Source: Mytilus edulis (taxonomy: Eukaryota). From it: a stretch of 64,000 bases of DNA. Below the pieces are notes generated by a model. That model made no database searches and was not told the origin of the DNA. It saw only the letters and a list, made by a program, of their open reading frames with translations. The stretch is from contig NC_092351.1 of assembly GCF_963676685.1 (NCBI RefSeq), positions 55,986,001 to 56,050,000 of the forward strand, read 5' to 3'. Within the stretch, counting starts at the first letter, position 1. Each line of letters starts with the position of its first letter. Both the position numbers and the translations under genes were made by a program. Shown in pieces: positions 1 through 11,500 of this stretch.

Positions 1-537
1 AATAGGAAGGAAAGGGTATTTTTGGCTTAATGTAATAAACTAATTTTTCTGCTATAGTTAACATGGTTAATAATTTTGACACGAAGTTTTATAAACTTCG
101 GGCATGAAATGACGTTATCATGTTATTAAAAAACCCATTAAATTCCATGCTTTTACTTTGATTTTAATTGTTTTTTTTCTGCGTTTTAATATTTCGATGT
201 CAATTTTGTTTATACCGGTAACAGCCTTGTCTATATATCCTTGGATGAGGCAATGAGGACAGACAACAGACTCTTGGCATGCTTCCGGTAGGTATGCAAT
301 CAAGCCATTGCGTTTTGGAAATCTCGAATGTACTTGATTCATGCTGTGCTGACACCACTTCCTGATAGTTTCATAGATAGCGTTGTCTGCTCACATTATT
401 TATTGAAAATAATCTACCATAGCAATAAAACTCCTTAAATGTTATGTTATCGTGTACGATCAACTTATCCATGATGTCGATCATAGAATTCGAATACTTG
501 AATTTCAGTCTTTTTTTCATTTAAAATCAATACTTAC

Positions 538-607
538 AGGGTTTCCAATAACACACACTTAAACGTATCTGCTGAGATTATTGAAATTTGGTTACTGTAT
601 AGAATTT
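538..607 (-). pseudogene. Decayed LRR exon (paralog of 8332-8403)
   Basis: The GTAAGT donor is retained. There is a ~3-bp internal deletion, and the acceptor reads TTTCAA rather than TTTCAG. Confidence 0.65.
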
Positions 608-1094
608 TGAAAAAAAAGATTAGTACTCCATATCTACACTACACAAGAACTATATAATTTATATAATCAGTCTGATAAAATCTTATTCTACTATCATTAC
701 TACAGTAAATCAGTCCTTAAAACAATATTGGGATGAGATGCTTCTAACCAGATTAACAATGTATTCTAGGTAATAATACATCTGATACTACAAGATCTGC
801 CGCATGACCAATGTCAGTTTCCGGAATCATGAATCAAGTGACACTTTATTCAATTGTTGTTTGCCAATTGATCCCTTTTTAGGAATTTTTACATTTATCA
901 GGAATGCTAACAAAATATAGAAAGCCAAAGATTTAAAAATGCGTGTGAAGCTTTAAAACCAAAAGGGACGATCAATCAATTCCTGATATCGACCATAGAA
1001 TTGGAAAACTGGAACGTCCGTCTTTTTTTATTCTATTATAAAACACATTTTAACAAGGAATACAAGGAGACAACATCATGAAACGCAACTGGTG

Positions 1095-1630
1095 AAAAAT
1101 ATATTTGGTTTGTGGATCAAGATCTGAAAATGCCATATAGGTAAAATCATTGGGTTTGTGGATTAAGATATGTAAATAACATATAGAGAAATACATTTAG
1201 TTTGTGGATAAAGATCTGCAATTACCATGTACATAAAAACATTTAGTGTGTGAATTAAGATTTTAAAATACCATGTAGATAAAAGACATTTAGATTGTGG
1301 ATCAAGATCTGAAAATCCATGTCGATCGGACAATACCATATAGATAAAAACATTTGGTTTGTGGATCAAGATCTGAAAATACCATGTAGATAAAGACATT
1401 TAGATTGTGGAACAAGATCGGACAATACAATATAGATAAAAACATTGGGTTAGTGGATCAAGATCTGCAAATACCATGTAGATAAAGACATTTTGGTTTG
1501 TTGATCAAGATCGGAAAATACCGTGTAGATACAGATATTGGGTATCAAGATTTCAAAATATCATATACTAGATAAATACATTTGGTTTGTGGATCAATAT
1601 CTGAATATACCATGTAGATAAATATATTTG
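1095..1630. repeat. 46-bp minisatellite (~11-12 units)
   Basis: Unit approximately atttggtttgtggatcaagatctgaaaataccatgtagataaaaac. Confidence 0.92.
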
Positions 1631-1785
1631 TAAAAGAATAAACGAATCATCAGTAAAAGACGATTCACTTTTTTTGGACGTGACACGTGTTTTGATTTAA
1701 ACCAATCTGACATGGGGTCACATACAACCAAATCGTTCAATACAAAAGCAAGATTTACATGGTTTTCAATGAAACAAGTACTTAC

Positions 1786-1857
1786 ATGGTATTGATTGAA
1801 ACAAGACCATTAAACACATTTGCTGTTAAAGATGAAATTTTGTTGAATTCTAACTTT
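1786..1857 (-). CDS. 72-bp LRR exon (KLEFNKISSLTANVFNGLVSINT)
   Basis: TTTTCAG acceptor, GTAAGT donor. Paralog of 9713-9784. Confidence 0.8.
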
Positions 1858-1917
1858 CTGAAAAGAGTTAAAAATTACCATGATTAAGATTTGTCATTAA
1901 AACACTTTTCAAATTAC

Positions 1918-1990
1918 CCGCCTTAATAGAACAAAGTTAGTACTTGACGTATTGACTGTTGTAGCGGAAATTTGATTTCCAGTTAAACCT
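1918..1990 (-). pseudogene. Decayed LRR exon (GLTGNQISATTVNTSSTNFVLLRR)
   Basis: The LxxNQIS start is recognisable and a GTAATT donor is present. The expected acceptor reads TTTTCAA. Paralog at 9846-9918. Confidence 0.55.
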
Positions 1991-2387
1991 TGAAAATGAT
2001 AAAGATTTAATGAAATGTAAACACTATAAACATTTAGTGAACACGCCACTGGTATTTGATTTAAACAACTCTTTAATCTTTTACAAGAAACCAAAAATAG
2101 AGAAATTCATATGTTACTGAATACCAATTATGGAAGTGGAGCATTTTTGTTACGTAGCAGAAATATGAGACAAATGGTAAACATTACAGCGTCAAATGAC
2201 AAAAGAGGTCACGTGTGATTGTTAACAAATATTAAATGATATAGCCAAACACAAATGAAAATAACAATTTTTACATGTTATACGTCTGCAGCGTTTTTTT
2301 CTAGATATACTTCCGTCACGAACGATAAAAGCCAAATATTTGGAAGCCATAGATGGTTAAGTAACCATACGAATGAAAAGTTTGATA

Positions 2388-2695
2388 ACCAAAAGGGACC
2401 TAAAGAATCTATCCAAATCAATATAAAATCAACTTTGCATGAATGTGTTGGAATCTTTGTTTCAAATGATTAATACATAGACACACGAACATTTAAGGAA
2501 TGGTGTACATGCAAAAACAGTAGATAATGATACAAGCAAAACTGCATACATTGACCAAAACGGACCTAAACATTCTAACAAAATCAATTTAAAATCAACT
2601 TTTCCTGAATTTGTTGGAACCTTTGCTTCTAATGATTAATGCATTGATACATGGACAATTTAGGAATGGTTTACATGCAAAAATGGTTGATGATT
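2388..2695. repeat. Diverged two-copy tandem repeat, ~166-bp period
   Basis: accaaaagggacctaaa...tacatgcaaaaa recurs at ~2388 and ~2554. Confidence 0.75.
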
Positions 2696-2917
2696 GGTGT
2701 TTGCAAATTGAGGCACTTTTCTGTTTTTGTTTAAATTCGTAAGGAATTCAAGGAATTCGTAACAGTTGCTAAAGGTAGAAATCATAGGATGTATTCATGC
2801 TTGAAAGGAACTATGACCATTATCATGATTAGAGACTATCAACTCATTCATAATGTCGCACATTAAATTAGACAGCTTTAATTCTAGTAATTCATTTATT
2901 GAATAAACAGAACTTAC

Positions 2918-2989
2918 AATTGTTCCAACGATGTAAGATTAATAAACGCATCTGCTGCTATGGTTTTAATGCCGTTTCGGGATAGATCT
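2918..2989 (-). CDS. 72-bp LRR exon (DLSRNGIKTIAADAFINLTSLEQL)
   Basis: CTTTCTAG acceptor, GTAAGT donor, 72 nt. It lies in a ~860-bp block that is absent from the right-hand duplicate. Confidence 0.85.
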
Positions 2990-3459
2990 CTAGAAAGAGA
3001 TAAAGAATTAATGAATTGTCATTAAAATATTATTCAAATGCATCAAACGCGTTTATTAAATTAGCTGTTCAATATGTCCTGCACACTTATTCATCAGTAA
3101 GACTCAAGAGAATACAAAATGTAAAGTAAAAGTGTATCGATATGGAGAAACTGTGTAAGTGTCAAATATATGTACAACCTCAAATATATGTCCTTCTCTT
3201 AGGTCTATATCCGTGACGTCATGACACTCAAATCTGTGGATTTTTTTTATTCAAAGCAGTGTCCTTTTCATAAGGTGTACACTTTTAGTAATGTGACGTG
3301 ACTGGGGACATGCTCAAATAAACTATGTCGGGGTTTTATTAAGCGCCACCAGTGACTTTCTGGATTTATTGTTGATTTCTTTAGATAACAATTTGTACGA
3401 AATATGTTCCACTATACTAAAAGCAAGCATGAAAAAATGCTTGTTTCATCTTTAAAATA

Positions 3460-3995
3460 GAGGCGAAATATACCACTACACCTAAACTCATAAGTCGTAA
3501 ATATACTGAAAACGCCATGGCAAAAAAAAAAAAATAAGAAGACTAACAGACAAACAACAGTACACCAATCACAACAGAAAAAAATTAAAACTGAGCAACA
3601 AGAACCCAACCAAAAACTGGGGGTGATCTCATGTGCCCCGGCAGGTTTAAAACTGTTTTGCTGATAAACATGCTGAAAACTGTTTTGGGACGCGGAATTT
3701 TCCACTTGGTCATCCCTTCCCAATTAGCATTGCGGTTGCGCTCAGTCATTCGATTCATTTACCTTACTAGAAATAAAAGTTAGGCTACGCCAGTGTCAAT
3801 TCTACCCTTCCGGAGCACCTGATATCACCCCCAGATTTTGGTGGGGTTCGTGTGCTCAGTCTTTAGTTTTCTATGTTGTGTTTTGTATACTGTTGTTTGT
3901 CTGTTTGACTTTTTCTTTTTTAGCCATGGCAGTTATCAGTTTATTTTCGACTTATTAGTTTGAATGTCACTCTGGTATTGTTCGCCTCTCTTTTA
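3460..3995. mobile_element. Two oppositely oriented fragments of an abundant interspersed repeat family (paralog 10570-11105)
   Basis: The motif ttttggtggggttcgtgt..ctcagtctttagttttctatgttgtg..tagccatgg..tttgaatgtc recurs at 18575-18665, 40100-40345 and 55770-56000, and in reverse at 3460-3640, 41150-41300 and 47770-47910. Confidence 0.75.
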
Positions 3996-4186
3996 CAGCT
4001 TATCTAGAACTGTGACGTTACAACATAAAATTAGAACAACTTGAAGAAAAAAAACAAAGTTTGAAAGGGCATGAATCCTAAGAGCGACACTGAAATCACA
4101 AAAAAAAAAAAGAAAAATGACGAAAGACGAAAATTAACGATCAACATTATATTTCACTGTTTTGTCTTCAAGGCTTCTTTACCTAT

Positions 4187-4346
4187 NNNNNNNNNNNNNN
4201 NNNNNNNNNNNNNNNNNNNNNNNNNNNNNNNNNNNNNNNNNNNNNNNNNNNNNNNNNNNNNNNNNNNNNNNNNNNNNNNNNNNNNNNNNNNNNNNNNNNN
4301 NNNNNNNNNNNNNNNNNNNNNNNNNNNNNNNNNNNNNNNNNNNNNN
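4187..4346. other. N run (160 nt)
   Basis: Seen directly. Confidence 0.99.
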
Positions 4347-4390
4347 TATTAACTATTTCTAGATAAAATACAAAAGCGAACCACACTTAC

Positions 4391-4555
4391 AATAGTGTTG
4401 TAGTATTAGGTATACCATCAGGTATATCTTCTAAATTTCATGTTTTTTCATATCACTTCTGTGCCTTGGCAATCACAGGAAAATTCTGAACACGGATTGG
4501 CACAAGCTGTTTGCAATGAGCCAATTATTAGAATAATCGTTACGGTTAACATCAT
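4391..4555 (-). pseudogene. Disabled duplicate of the signal-peptide/LRRNT exon
   Basis: Homologous to 11501-11664 but 165 nt (+1 frameshift), with TGC>TGA at the fourth LRRNT Cys. Homology stops a few bases upstream of the ATG, so the 5' flank was not copied. Confidence 0.85.
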
Positions 4556-4678
4556 TATAACCACAAATAAAAGTAAAAGGTTTTGAACAAACGGAACGAT
4601 AAACAAATTTATGATGTTGACCAAATATTTTGAGAATGAAATTTAGGATAACCATTAGTAAAAAAAAATTTAACTTAC

Positions 4679-4750
4679 AGGTTTTTTAATGACACAAGAT
4701 CATTAAACGCATCTTTTGCTATAGTTGATATCTGGTTTCCTCGAAAATTG
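4679..4750 (-). CDS. 72-bp LRR exon (NFRGNQISTIAKDAFNDLVSLKNL)
   Basis: TATTTTCAG acceptor, GTAAGT donor, 72 nt, phase 2-2. Confidence 0.85.
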
Positions 4751-5551
4751 CTGAAAATAGATAAGGCATTAATGAATCGTCAGTAAAACACTATTTTGAA
4801 GCAAGGAGGTCGTTTTGTTTCTTTTTCCATTTTCAATAACAAGTGAATAATACTAAAAGTAACTGATGCAATATAATATTATACATCTAAAAGATTATCT
4901 ACATGATAAATATGTAAACAGTTGTGTAATTTGACCCAGTCTAAGAAAATTTCGGACCATGGCAGGGGATTGTTTTATTTACATTTTTTAACAACAAATC
5001 CAAGGGATCATATCATGGATATACTAATTAAACTATTACATTATAGCAAGGGACATTTTCTAAATATGGAATTATAGGGAGTGGGGGCAGTAAGAATTAA
5101 ACAGAATTCATAATAAAGCCTTATGAAACATGCATTTCCCTGCATGATAGCCTCCCTTAATTTGAGAGGAGATTCTAAAGGAGTAATAGACATAATATTT
5201 AAAGCATTACAGACGCAATGTCTTACACAAGTATGTTAGATATGTTTAAACATATTCATCATTCCTGTAGGTACCTTATTATAAAATTAGGTGTGTAAAA
5301 CACTGGGAATATGATAACCAAGATATTTGGTGCTAAGATTTGGAGGGAAAGATATTGTTGTTTTATTGCTACAGTTTGATAAAAGGTCAAGTCGTGTAAA
5401 CTAGATATAAAATATACACACTTGACAAAATGGAGAAAACAGCACTTCGATTCACTGAAGAACAAAAGGAAACTATTTACAGTTAATTGGATATTACAAT
5501 TGGGATGTAGATTTAGTAGATAGTAACAATGAGATAGCAAAGGTTACAACT

Positions 5552-5969
5552 ATGTCCACACAAACTAGTGACAATGTACAGGAGGAGATAGAAGATGGAA
5601 TTGAAGAAAACCAATTCCTCATAGAACGAGACCAAGCATGTGAGGAATGTCCCTTTTGTTTTTGCAAACCTTGCATTAATAGTGAAAAAAAACAGGCAAA
5701 TGTGGTGGGAAAGTGAACCTCAAAATAGACATCAAAGAAATAATAGAAAGGAGAAGTACAAATATTTCTGGACAATGATGTTTCACCGAGAAGCTTGGAA
5801 GAATGACAGATATTTAATGGGAAAACAAGCTGCTCTTGAAAGGGACCCTATATTCAAAAATGACACATGGCAAAAAAGAGATGTTATGCCTAAGTGTGTC
5901 CTAAAACTGGTAAGAGGGTGGCGTCCAAATCCTGAAAATATTACTTATATGGGCCACCTCTGGGAATAG
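5552..5969 (+). pseudogene. Intronless ~138-aa Cys-containing ORF with a P2X7 intracellular (ballast)-like C-terminus; one +1 frameshift in an A8 run
   Basis: MSTQTSDNVQEEIEDGIEENQFLIERDQACEECPFCFCKPCINSEK joins NRQMWWESE...KYKYFWTMM...RDVMPKCVLKLVRGWRPNPENITYMGHLWE* if one A is removed at 5685-5692. The R..MP.CV...VR...P.P....Y.G pattern resembles the end of the P2X7 ballast-type domain (recognised from memory, not searched). Confidence 0.6.
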
Positions 5970-6749
5970 TTACATAAATTTATAAAAGTGACATTTATTT
6001 AATAGGATATAACATTTTTTTAACATTAGTTGGCACAACAGATTAAAATACTATCTATATTCTGAAGCTTTGAAAGGATTATATAATTGATTGATCCCCT
6101 GCAATATGTAAGTAGATTCTCAATTCACAAATGCATGCTTTAGATTACTTAAAGCCACATGTGGTATGCTACTTTCGTTGTAAACATAAACAGACTGTTG
6201 TTGTCATGGTTATCTCCTCCTACTTGTCAATCACAGGAATTTGAATTTGAAAAATAGCTGTGCTTCAGGATTTTAATTTGTAATATCTTTATTGTGAGTT
6301 ATTCTATTTTCTCACTGTTTGGCCTAAACTGACCATAATTTATGTTCTGACAACTGTACAAGTTTAAAAGTAAAGCAGATAGCAATTTTTGTATTAATTT
6401 TGAAAAATGCTTCTCACTTCTTAACATTGCCCAATATGTGAATAAAATCATATTTTTATGAATTGTCTCCCTTTTATACCCTAGCCCCGGTGTTTAAATG
6501 TTATAAGTTAAGAGCGAAAATAACGATAATGATAAAAATAAAATAGTATATTCATTTGGTGTATGCATATTAAAACGCTTTTCTTGATAAATACATTCAT
6601 CTGGAATATAACAAATAGAAAGCCACCAACTTATTAAAGCTTGAAAAACTGCAGTACTATTCGCGGCGATCAACTTATTCATGATGTCGATCATAGAATT
6701 TGAATACGGGAATTTCAGTCTTTTTTTTAATTTTGAAATCAATACTTAC

Positions 6750-6821
6750 AGGGTTACCAATGACACAAGATCCTTAAACGTATCTGCTAAGATTATTGAA
6801 ATTTGATTATAGCTTAGATCC
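6750..6821 (-). CDS. 72-bp LRR exon (DLSYNQISIILADTFKDLVSLVTL)
   Basis: Canonical splice sites, 72 nt. Nearly identical to the 8181-8252 cassette, including the flanking intron. Confidence 0.88.
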
Positions 6822-7059
6822 CTGAAAATAGAGTATGTCACATATAAATAAATTGTCAGTAAAACATTATTCAAATTTATTGAGCACGACACGACGTCTT
6901 TTATTTTAACCTTTCAAATACGACTAAAAGTCACATTCACCAGGAACGCTCACGAAAAGTCCAAACTATTGACACTCAATGTGTGTCAATAGTCTTGACC
7001 AAGAGGGACGATAAACAAATCTATAATGTCGACTATAGAAATGGAGAATACAAATTTCA

Positions 7060-7465
7060 GTATTTCAATGACACAAGATCCTTAAACGTGTATGATGCTA
7101 TAATTGAAATTTTATTTCTATTTAATAGTCTAAAAAAGAGATTAATGAATCGTCAGTAAAATATTATTCAAATTTATTGAACACGACATGTTTTTTTTGC
7201 ATAAGCCTGGACGTCATATTCATCAGGAAGGCACCAAACAAAACAAAAATTGAAAGCTAAGGCCCATCGATAGTCGAAAAATATTTTGACCAAATGGGAT
7301 GATTAACAAATTGATGATCATGATGATGTCGACCAAAAAATTGGAGAGTTTTATTTAAGACAACCATAAGTAAACAATAACACTAACAAGATATTCAATG
7401 ACTCAAAAATTAATTCTTAAACTTATCTGTTGCTATAATTGAAATTTGGTTTCCTTGTGAAAGTT
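7060..7465 (-). pseudogene. Two decayed LRR exon cassettes (~7060-7130 and ~7387-7465)
   Basis: Both contain the exon-family core (caatgacacaagatccttaaacg / tgctataattgaaattt) and the shared intron flanks. They lack intact donors and/or carry indels. Confidence 0.6.
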
Positions 7466-8180
7466 TGAAACCAGATAAGGGAATGATGAATCGTAGGTAA
7501 AACAATGTTTAAATGTTTTGAATACGACATTTGTGTTCGTTGTTTGCCTTTCTATTCGGACTTGATGTAACTATCTATCAAAAAGTCATATAAATATTTT
7601 CAAATAACGTATGTCTTAAAAATATTTTGCAACACCTGATTTTTTAAAACGTTTTTAAAACTTTATACGAATATGAAGGAAAGGGTATTCTTGGCTTAAT
7701 GTAATAAACTATGTTTTCTGCTATTGTTAACAGTTTTGACACGAAGTTTTAGAACTTCGGGCATGAAATGACGTAATCATGTTATTAAAAAACCCATTAA
7801 ATTCCATGCTTTTGCTTTGATTTTAAGTGTTGTTTTTTTTTTCTGCGTTTTAATATGTCAATGTCAATGTTGTTTATACCGCTAACTGCATTGTCTATCC
7901 TTGGATGAGGCAATGAGGACAGACAACAGACTCTTGGCATGCTTCCGGTAGGTATGCAATCAAATCATTGCGTTTGGCATCTCGAATGTACTTGATTCAT
8001 GCTGTGCTGACACCACCTCCTGATAGTTTCCTAGATAGCGTTGTCTGCTCACATAAGTTATAGAAATAAAACTCCTTAAATGTTATGCAATCGTGTACGA
8101 TCAACTTATTCATGATGTCGATCATATAATTTGAATACGGGAATTTCAGTCTTTTATTTTATTTTGAAATCAATACTTAC

Positions 8181-8252
8181 AGGGTTACCAATGACACAAG
8201 ATCCTTAAACGTATCTGCTGAGATTATTGAAATTTGGTTACTGCTTAGATCC
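8181..8252 (-). CDS. 72-bp LRR exon (DLSSNQISIISADTFKDLVSLVTL)
   Basis: TATTTTCAG acceptor, GTAAGT donor, 72 nt, canonical xLSxNxIxxIxxxxFxxLxxLxxL pattern. Confidence 0.88.
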
Positions 8253-8331
8253 CTGAAAATAGAGTATGTAACATAAACAAAAATTGAATACTTGAATTTC
8301 GGTCTTGTTTTCATTTAAAATCAGTACTTAC

Positions 8332-8403
8332 AGGGTTTTCAATAACACATGATCCTTAAACGTATCTGCTGCGATTATTAAAATTTGGTTATCGCTTAGA
8401 ATC
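8332..8403 (-). CDS. 72-bp LRR exon (ILSDNQILIIAADTFKDHVLLKTL)
   Basis: TTTTCAG acceptor, GTAAGT donor, 72 nt, open in phase 2. Confidence 0.75.
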
Positions 8404-8892
8404 CTGAAAAACAGATTAGTACTCCATATCTACACTACACAAGAACTATATGATTTATATAATCAGTCTGATAAAATCTTATTCTACTATCATTACTACA
8501 GTAAACCAGTCCTTAAATAAATATTGGGATGAGATGCTTCTAATCTGATTGATCAATGCATTCTTGGTAATAATACATCTGATACTAAAAGATCTGCCGC
8601 ATGACCAATATCGGTTTCCGGAATCATGAATCAAGTGACACTTTATTCAATTGTTGTTTGCCAATTGCTCCCTTTTTAGGAATTTTTACATTTATCAGGA
8701 ATGCTAACAACATATAGAAGCCAAAGATTTATAAATGCTTGTGAAGCTTTAAAACCAAAAGGGACGATCAATCAATTCCTGATATCGACCATAGAATTGG
8801 AAAACTGGAACGTCCGTCTTTTTTTATTCTATTATAAAACAAATTTTAACAAGGAATACAAGGAGACAACAACATTAAACGCAACTGGTGAA

Positions 8893-9548
8893 AAATATAT
8901 TTGGTTTGTGGTTCAAGATCTGAAAATGCCATGTAGGTAAAATCATTGAGTTTGTGGATTCAGATATGTAAATAACATATAGAGAATTACATTTAGTTTG
9001 TGGATCAAGATCTGAAAATACCATGTACATAAAAACATTTAGTTTGTGAATTAAGATCTCAAAATACCATGTAGATAAAGACATTTAGATTGTGGATCAA
9101 GATCGGATCGGACAATACCATATAGATAAAAACATTTGGTTTGTGTATCAAGATCTGAAAATCCCTGTCGATAAATACATTTGGTTTGTGGATCAAGATC
9201 TGAAAATGCCATGTCGATAAATACATTAAGTTTGTGGATCAAGATCTGAAAATACGATGTAGATAAAAACATTTAGTTTGTGGATCAAGATCTGAAAATA
9301 CCATGTAGATAAAGGCATTTAGATTGTGGATCAAGATCGGAAAATACCATATAGATAAAGACATTGGGTTAGTGGATCAAGATCTGCAAATACCATGTAG
9401 ATAAAGACATTTGGTTTGTTGATCAAGATCGGAAAATACCGTGTAGATACAGATATTGGGTATCAAGATTTCAAAATATCATATACTAGATAAATACATT
9501 TGGTTTGTGGATCAGTATCTGAATATACCATGTAAATAAATATATTTG
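8893..9548. repeat. 46-bp minisatellite (~14 units), paralog of 1095-1630
   Basis: Same unit; period 46 (e.g. 9271 to 9317). Confidence 0.92.
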
Positions 9549-9712
9549 TAAAAGAATAAACATGATAAATGAATCATCCGTAAAAGATGATTCACTTTTT
9601 TTGGACGTGACACCTGTTTTGATTTAAACCAATCTGACATGGGGTCACATACAACCAAGACGTTCAATACAAAAGCAAGATTTACATGGTTTTTAATGAA
9701 ACAAGTACTTAC

Positions 9713-9784
9713 ATGGTTTTCAATGAAACAAGACCATTAAACACATTTGCTGTTAAGGATGAAATTTGGTGGAATCCTAAATTT
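9713..9784 (-). CDS. 72-bp LRR exon (NLGFHQISSLTANVFNGLVSLKT)
   Basis: TTTTCAG acceptor, GTAAGT donor, exactly 72 nt, phase 2-2. Fits the typical 24-aa LRR consensus except for N>H at the conserved Asn. Confidence 0.8.
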
Positions 9785-9845
9785 CTGAAAAGAGTTAAAG
9801 AATTACCATGATTAAGATTTGTCATTAAAACACTATTCAAATTAC

Positions 9846-9918
9846 CCGCGCTAATAGAACAAAGGTAGTACTTGACGTATTGACTGTTGTAGCCGAAATT
9901 TGATTTCGAGTTAAACTT
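9846..9918 (-). pseudogene. Decayed LRR exon
   Basis: Homologous to 1918-1990, with the same damaged acceptor. Confidence 0.55.
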
Positions 9919-11296
9919 TGAAAATGATAAAGATTGAATGAAATGTAACACTATTATAATTTATTGAACACGCCACTGGTCTTTGATTTAAACTTTTCCA
10001 ATATTATCAGGCTTGAAATCAACATATATGGAGCATAACACAACTCTTTAAGCTTTTACAAGAAACCAAAAATAGAGAAATGCATATGTTGCTGAATACC
10101 AATTATGGAAGTGAAGCATTTTTTTTACGTAGCAGAAATATGAGACAAATGGTAAACATAACAGTGTCAAATGACAAAAGAGGTCACGTGTGATTGTTAA
10201 CAAATATTAAATGATATAGCTAAACACAAGTGAAAATAACAATGTTTACATGTTATACGTCTGCAGCGTTTTTTTCTAGATTTACTTCCGTCACGAACGA
10301 TAAAAGCCAAATATTTTAGGTGTATATCCGTGACGTCATGACACTCAAATCTGTGGATTTTTGTTGATTCAAAGCAGTGTCCTTTTCATAAGGTGTACAC
10401 TTTCAGTAATGTGACGTGACTGGTGACATGCTCAAATAAACTATGTCGGGGTTTATTAAGCGACAGCAGTGACTTTCTGGATTTATTGTTGATTTCTTTA
10501 GATAAAAATATGTACGAAATATGTTCCACTATACGAAAAGCAAGCATGAAAAATGCTTGTTTTATCTTTAAAATAGGGGCGAAATATACCACTACACTTA
10601 AACTCATAAGTCGTAAATATACTGAAAACGCCATGGCAAAAAAAAATAAGAAGACTAACAGACAAACAACAGTACACCAATCACAACAGAAAAAAATTAA
10701 AACTGAACAACAAGAACCCAACCAAAAACTGGGGGTGATCTCATGTGCCCCGGCAGGTTTAAAACTGTTTTGCTGATAAACATGCTGAAAACTGTTTTGG
10801 GACGCGGAATTTGCCACTTGGTCATCCCTTCCCAATTAGCATTGCGGTTGCGCTCAGTCATTCGATTCATTTACCTTACTAGAAATAAAAGTTAGGCTAC
10901 GCCAGTGTCAATTCTACCCTTCCGGAGCATCTGATATCACCCCCAGATTTTGGTGGGGTTCGTGTGCTCAGTCTTTAGTTTTCTATGTTGTGTTTTGTAT
11001 ACTGGTGTTTGTTTGTTTGACTTTTTCTTATTTAGCCATGGCAGTTATCAGTTTATTTTCGACTTATTAGTTTGAATGTCACTCTGGTATTGTTCGCCTC
11101 TCTTTTACAGCTTATCTAGAACTGTGATGTACAACATAAAATTAGAACAAATTGAAGAAAAAAAACAAAGTTTGAAAGGGCATGAATCATAAGAGCGACA
11201 CTGAAATCACAAAACAAAAAAGAAGAATGACGAAAGACGAAAATTAACGATCAACATTATATTTCACTGTTTTGTCTTCAAGGTTTCTTTACTTAT

Positions 11297-11454
11297 NNNN
11301 NNNNNNNNNNNNNNNNNNNNNNNNNNNNNNNNNNNNNNNNNNNNNNNNNNNNNNNNNNNNNNNNNNNNNNNNNNNNNNNNNNNNNNNNNNNNNNNNNNNN
11401 NNNNNNNNNNNNNNNNNNNNNNNNNNNNNNNNNNNNNNNNNNNNNNNNNNNNNN
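11297..11454. other. N run (158 nt) at the paralogous position to 4187-4346
   Basis: Seen directly; flanks on both sides match those of the first run. Confidence 0.99.
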
Positions 11455-11500
11455 ACTATTAACTATTTCTAGATAAAATACAAAAGCGAACCACACTTAC

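Noticed and set aside
1163-1399. ORFs in the 46-bp minisatellite (also 8875-9272)
   Set aside because: They are by-products of a tandem repeat whose period is not a multiple of 3.
3412-3723. 103-149-aa ORFs here and at 10386-10835
   Set aside because: They run across an interspersed repeat, shift frame between paralogs at a poly-A tract, and show no recognisable domain.
4071-4386. ORFs spanning the N runs (also 11272-11496)
   Set aside because: They are open only because of undetermined bases.
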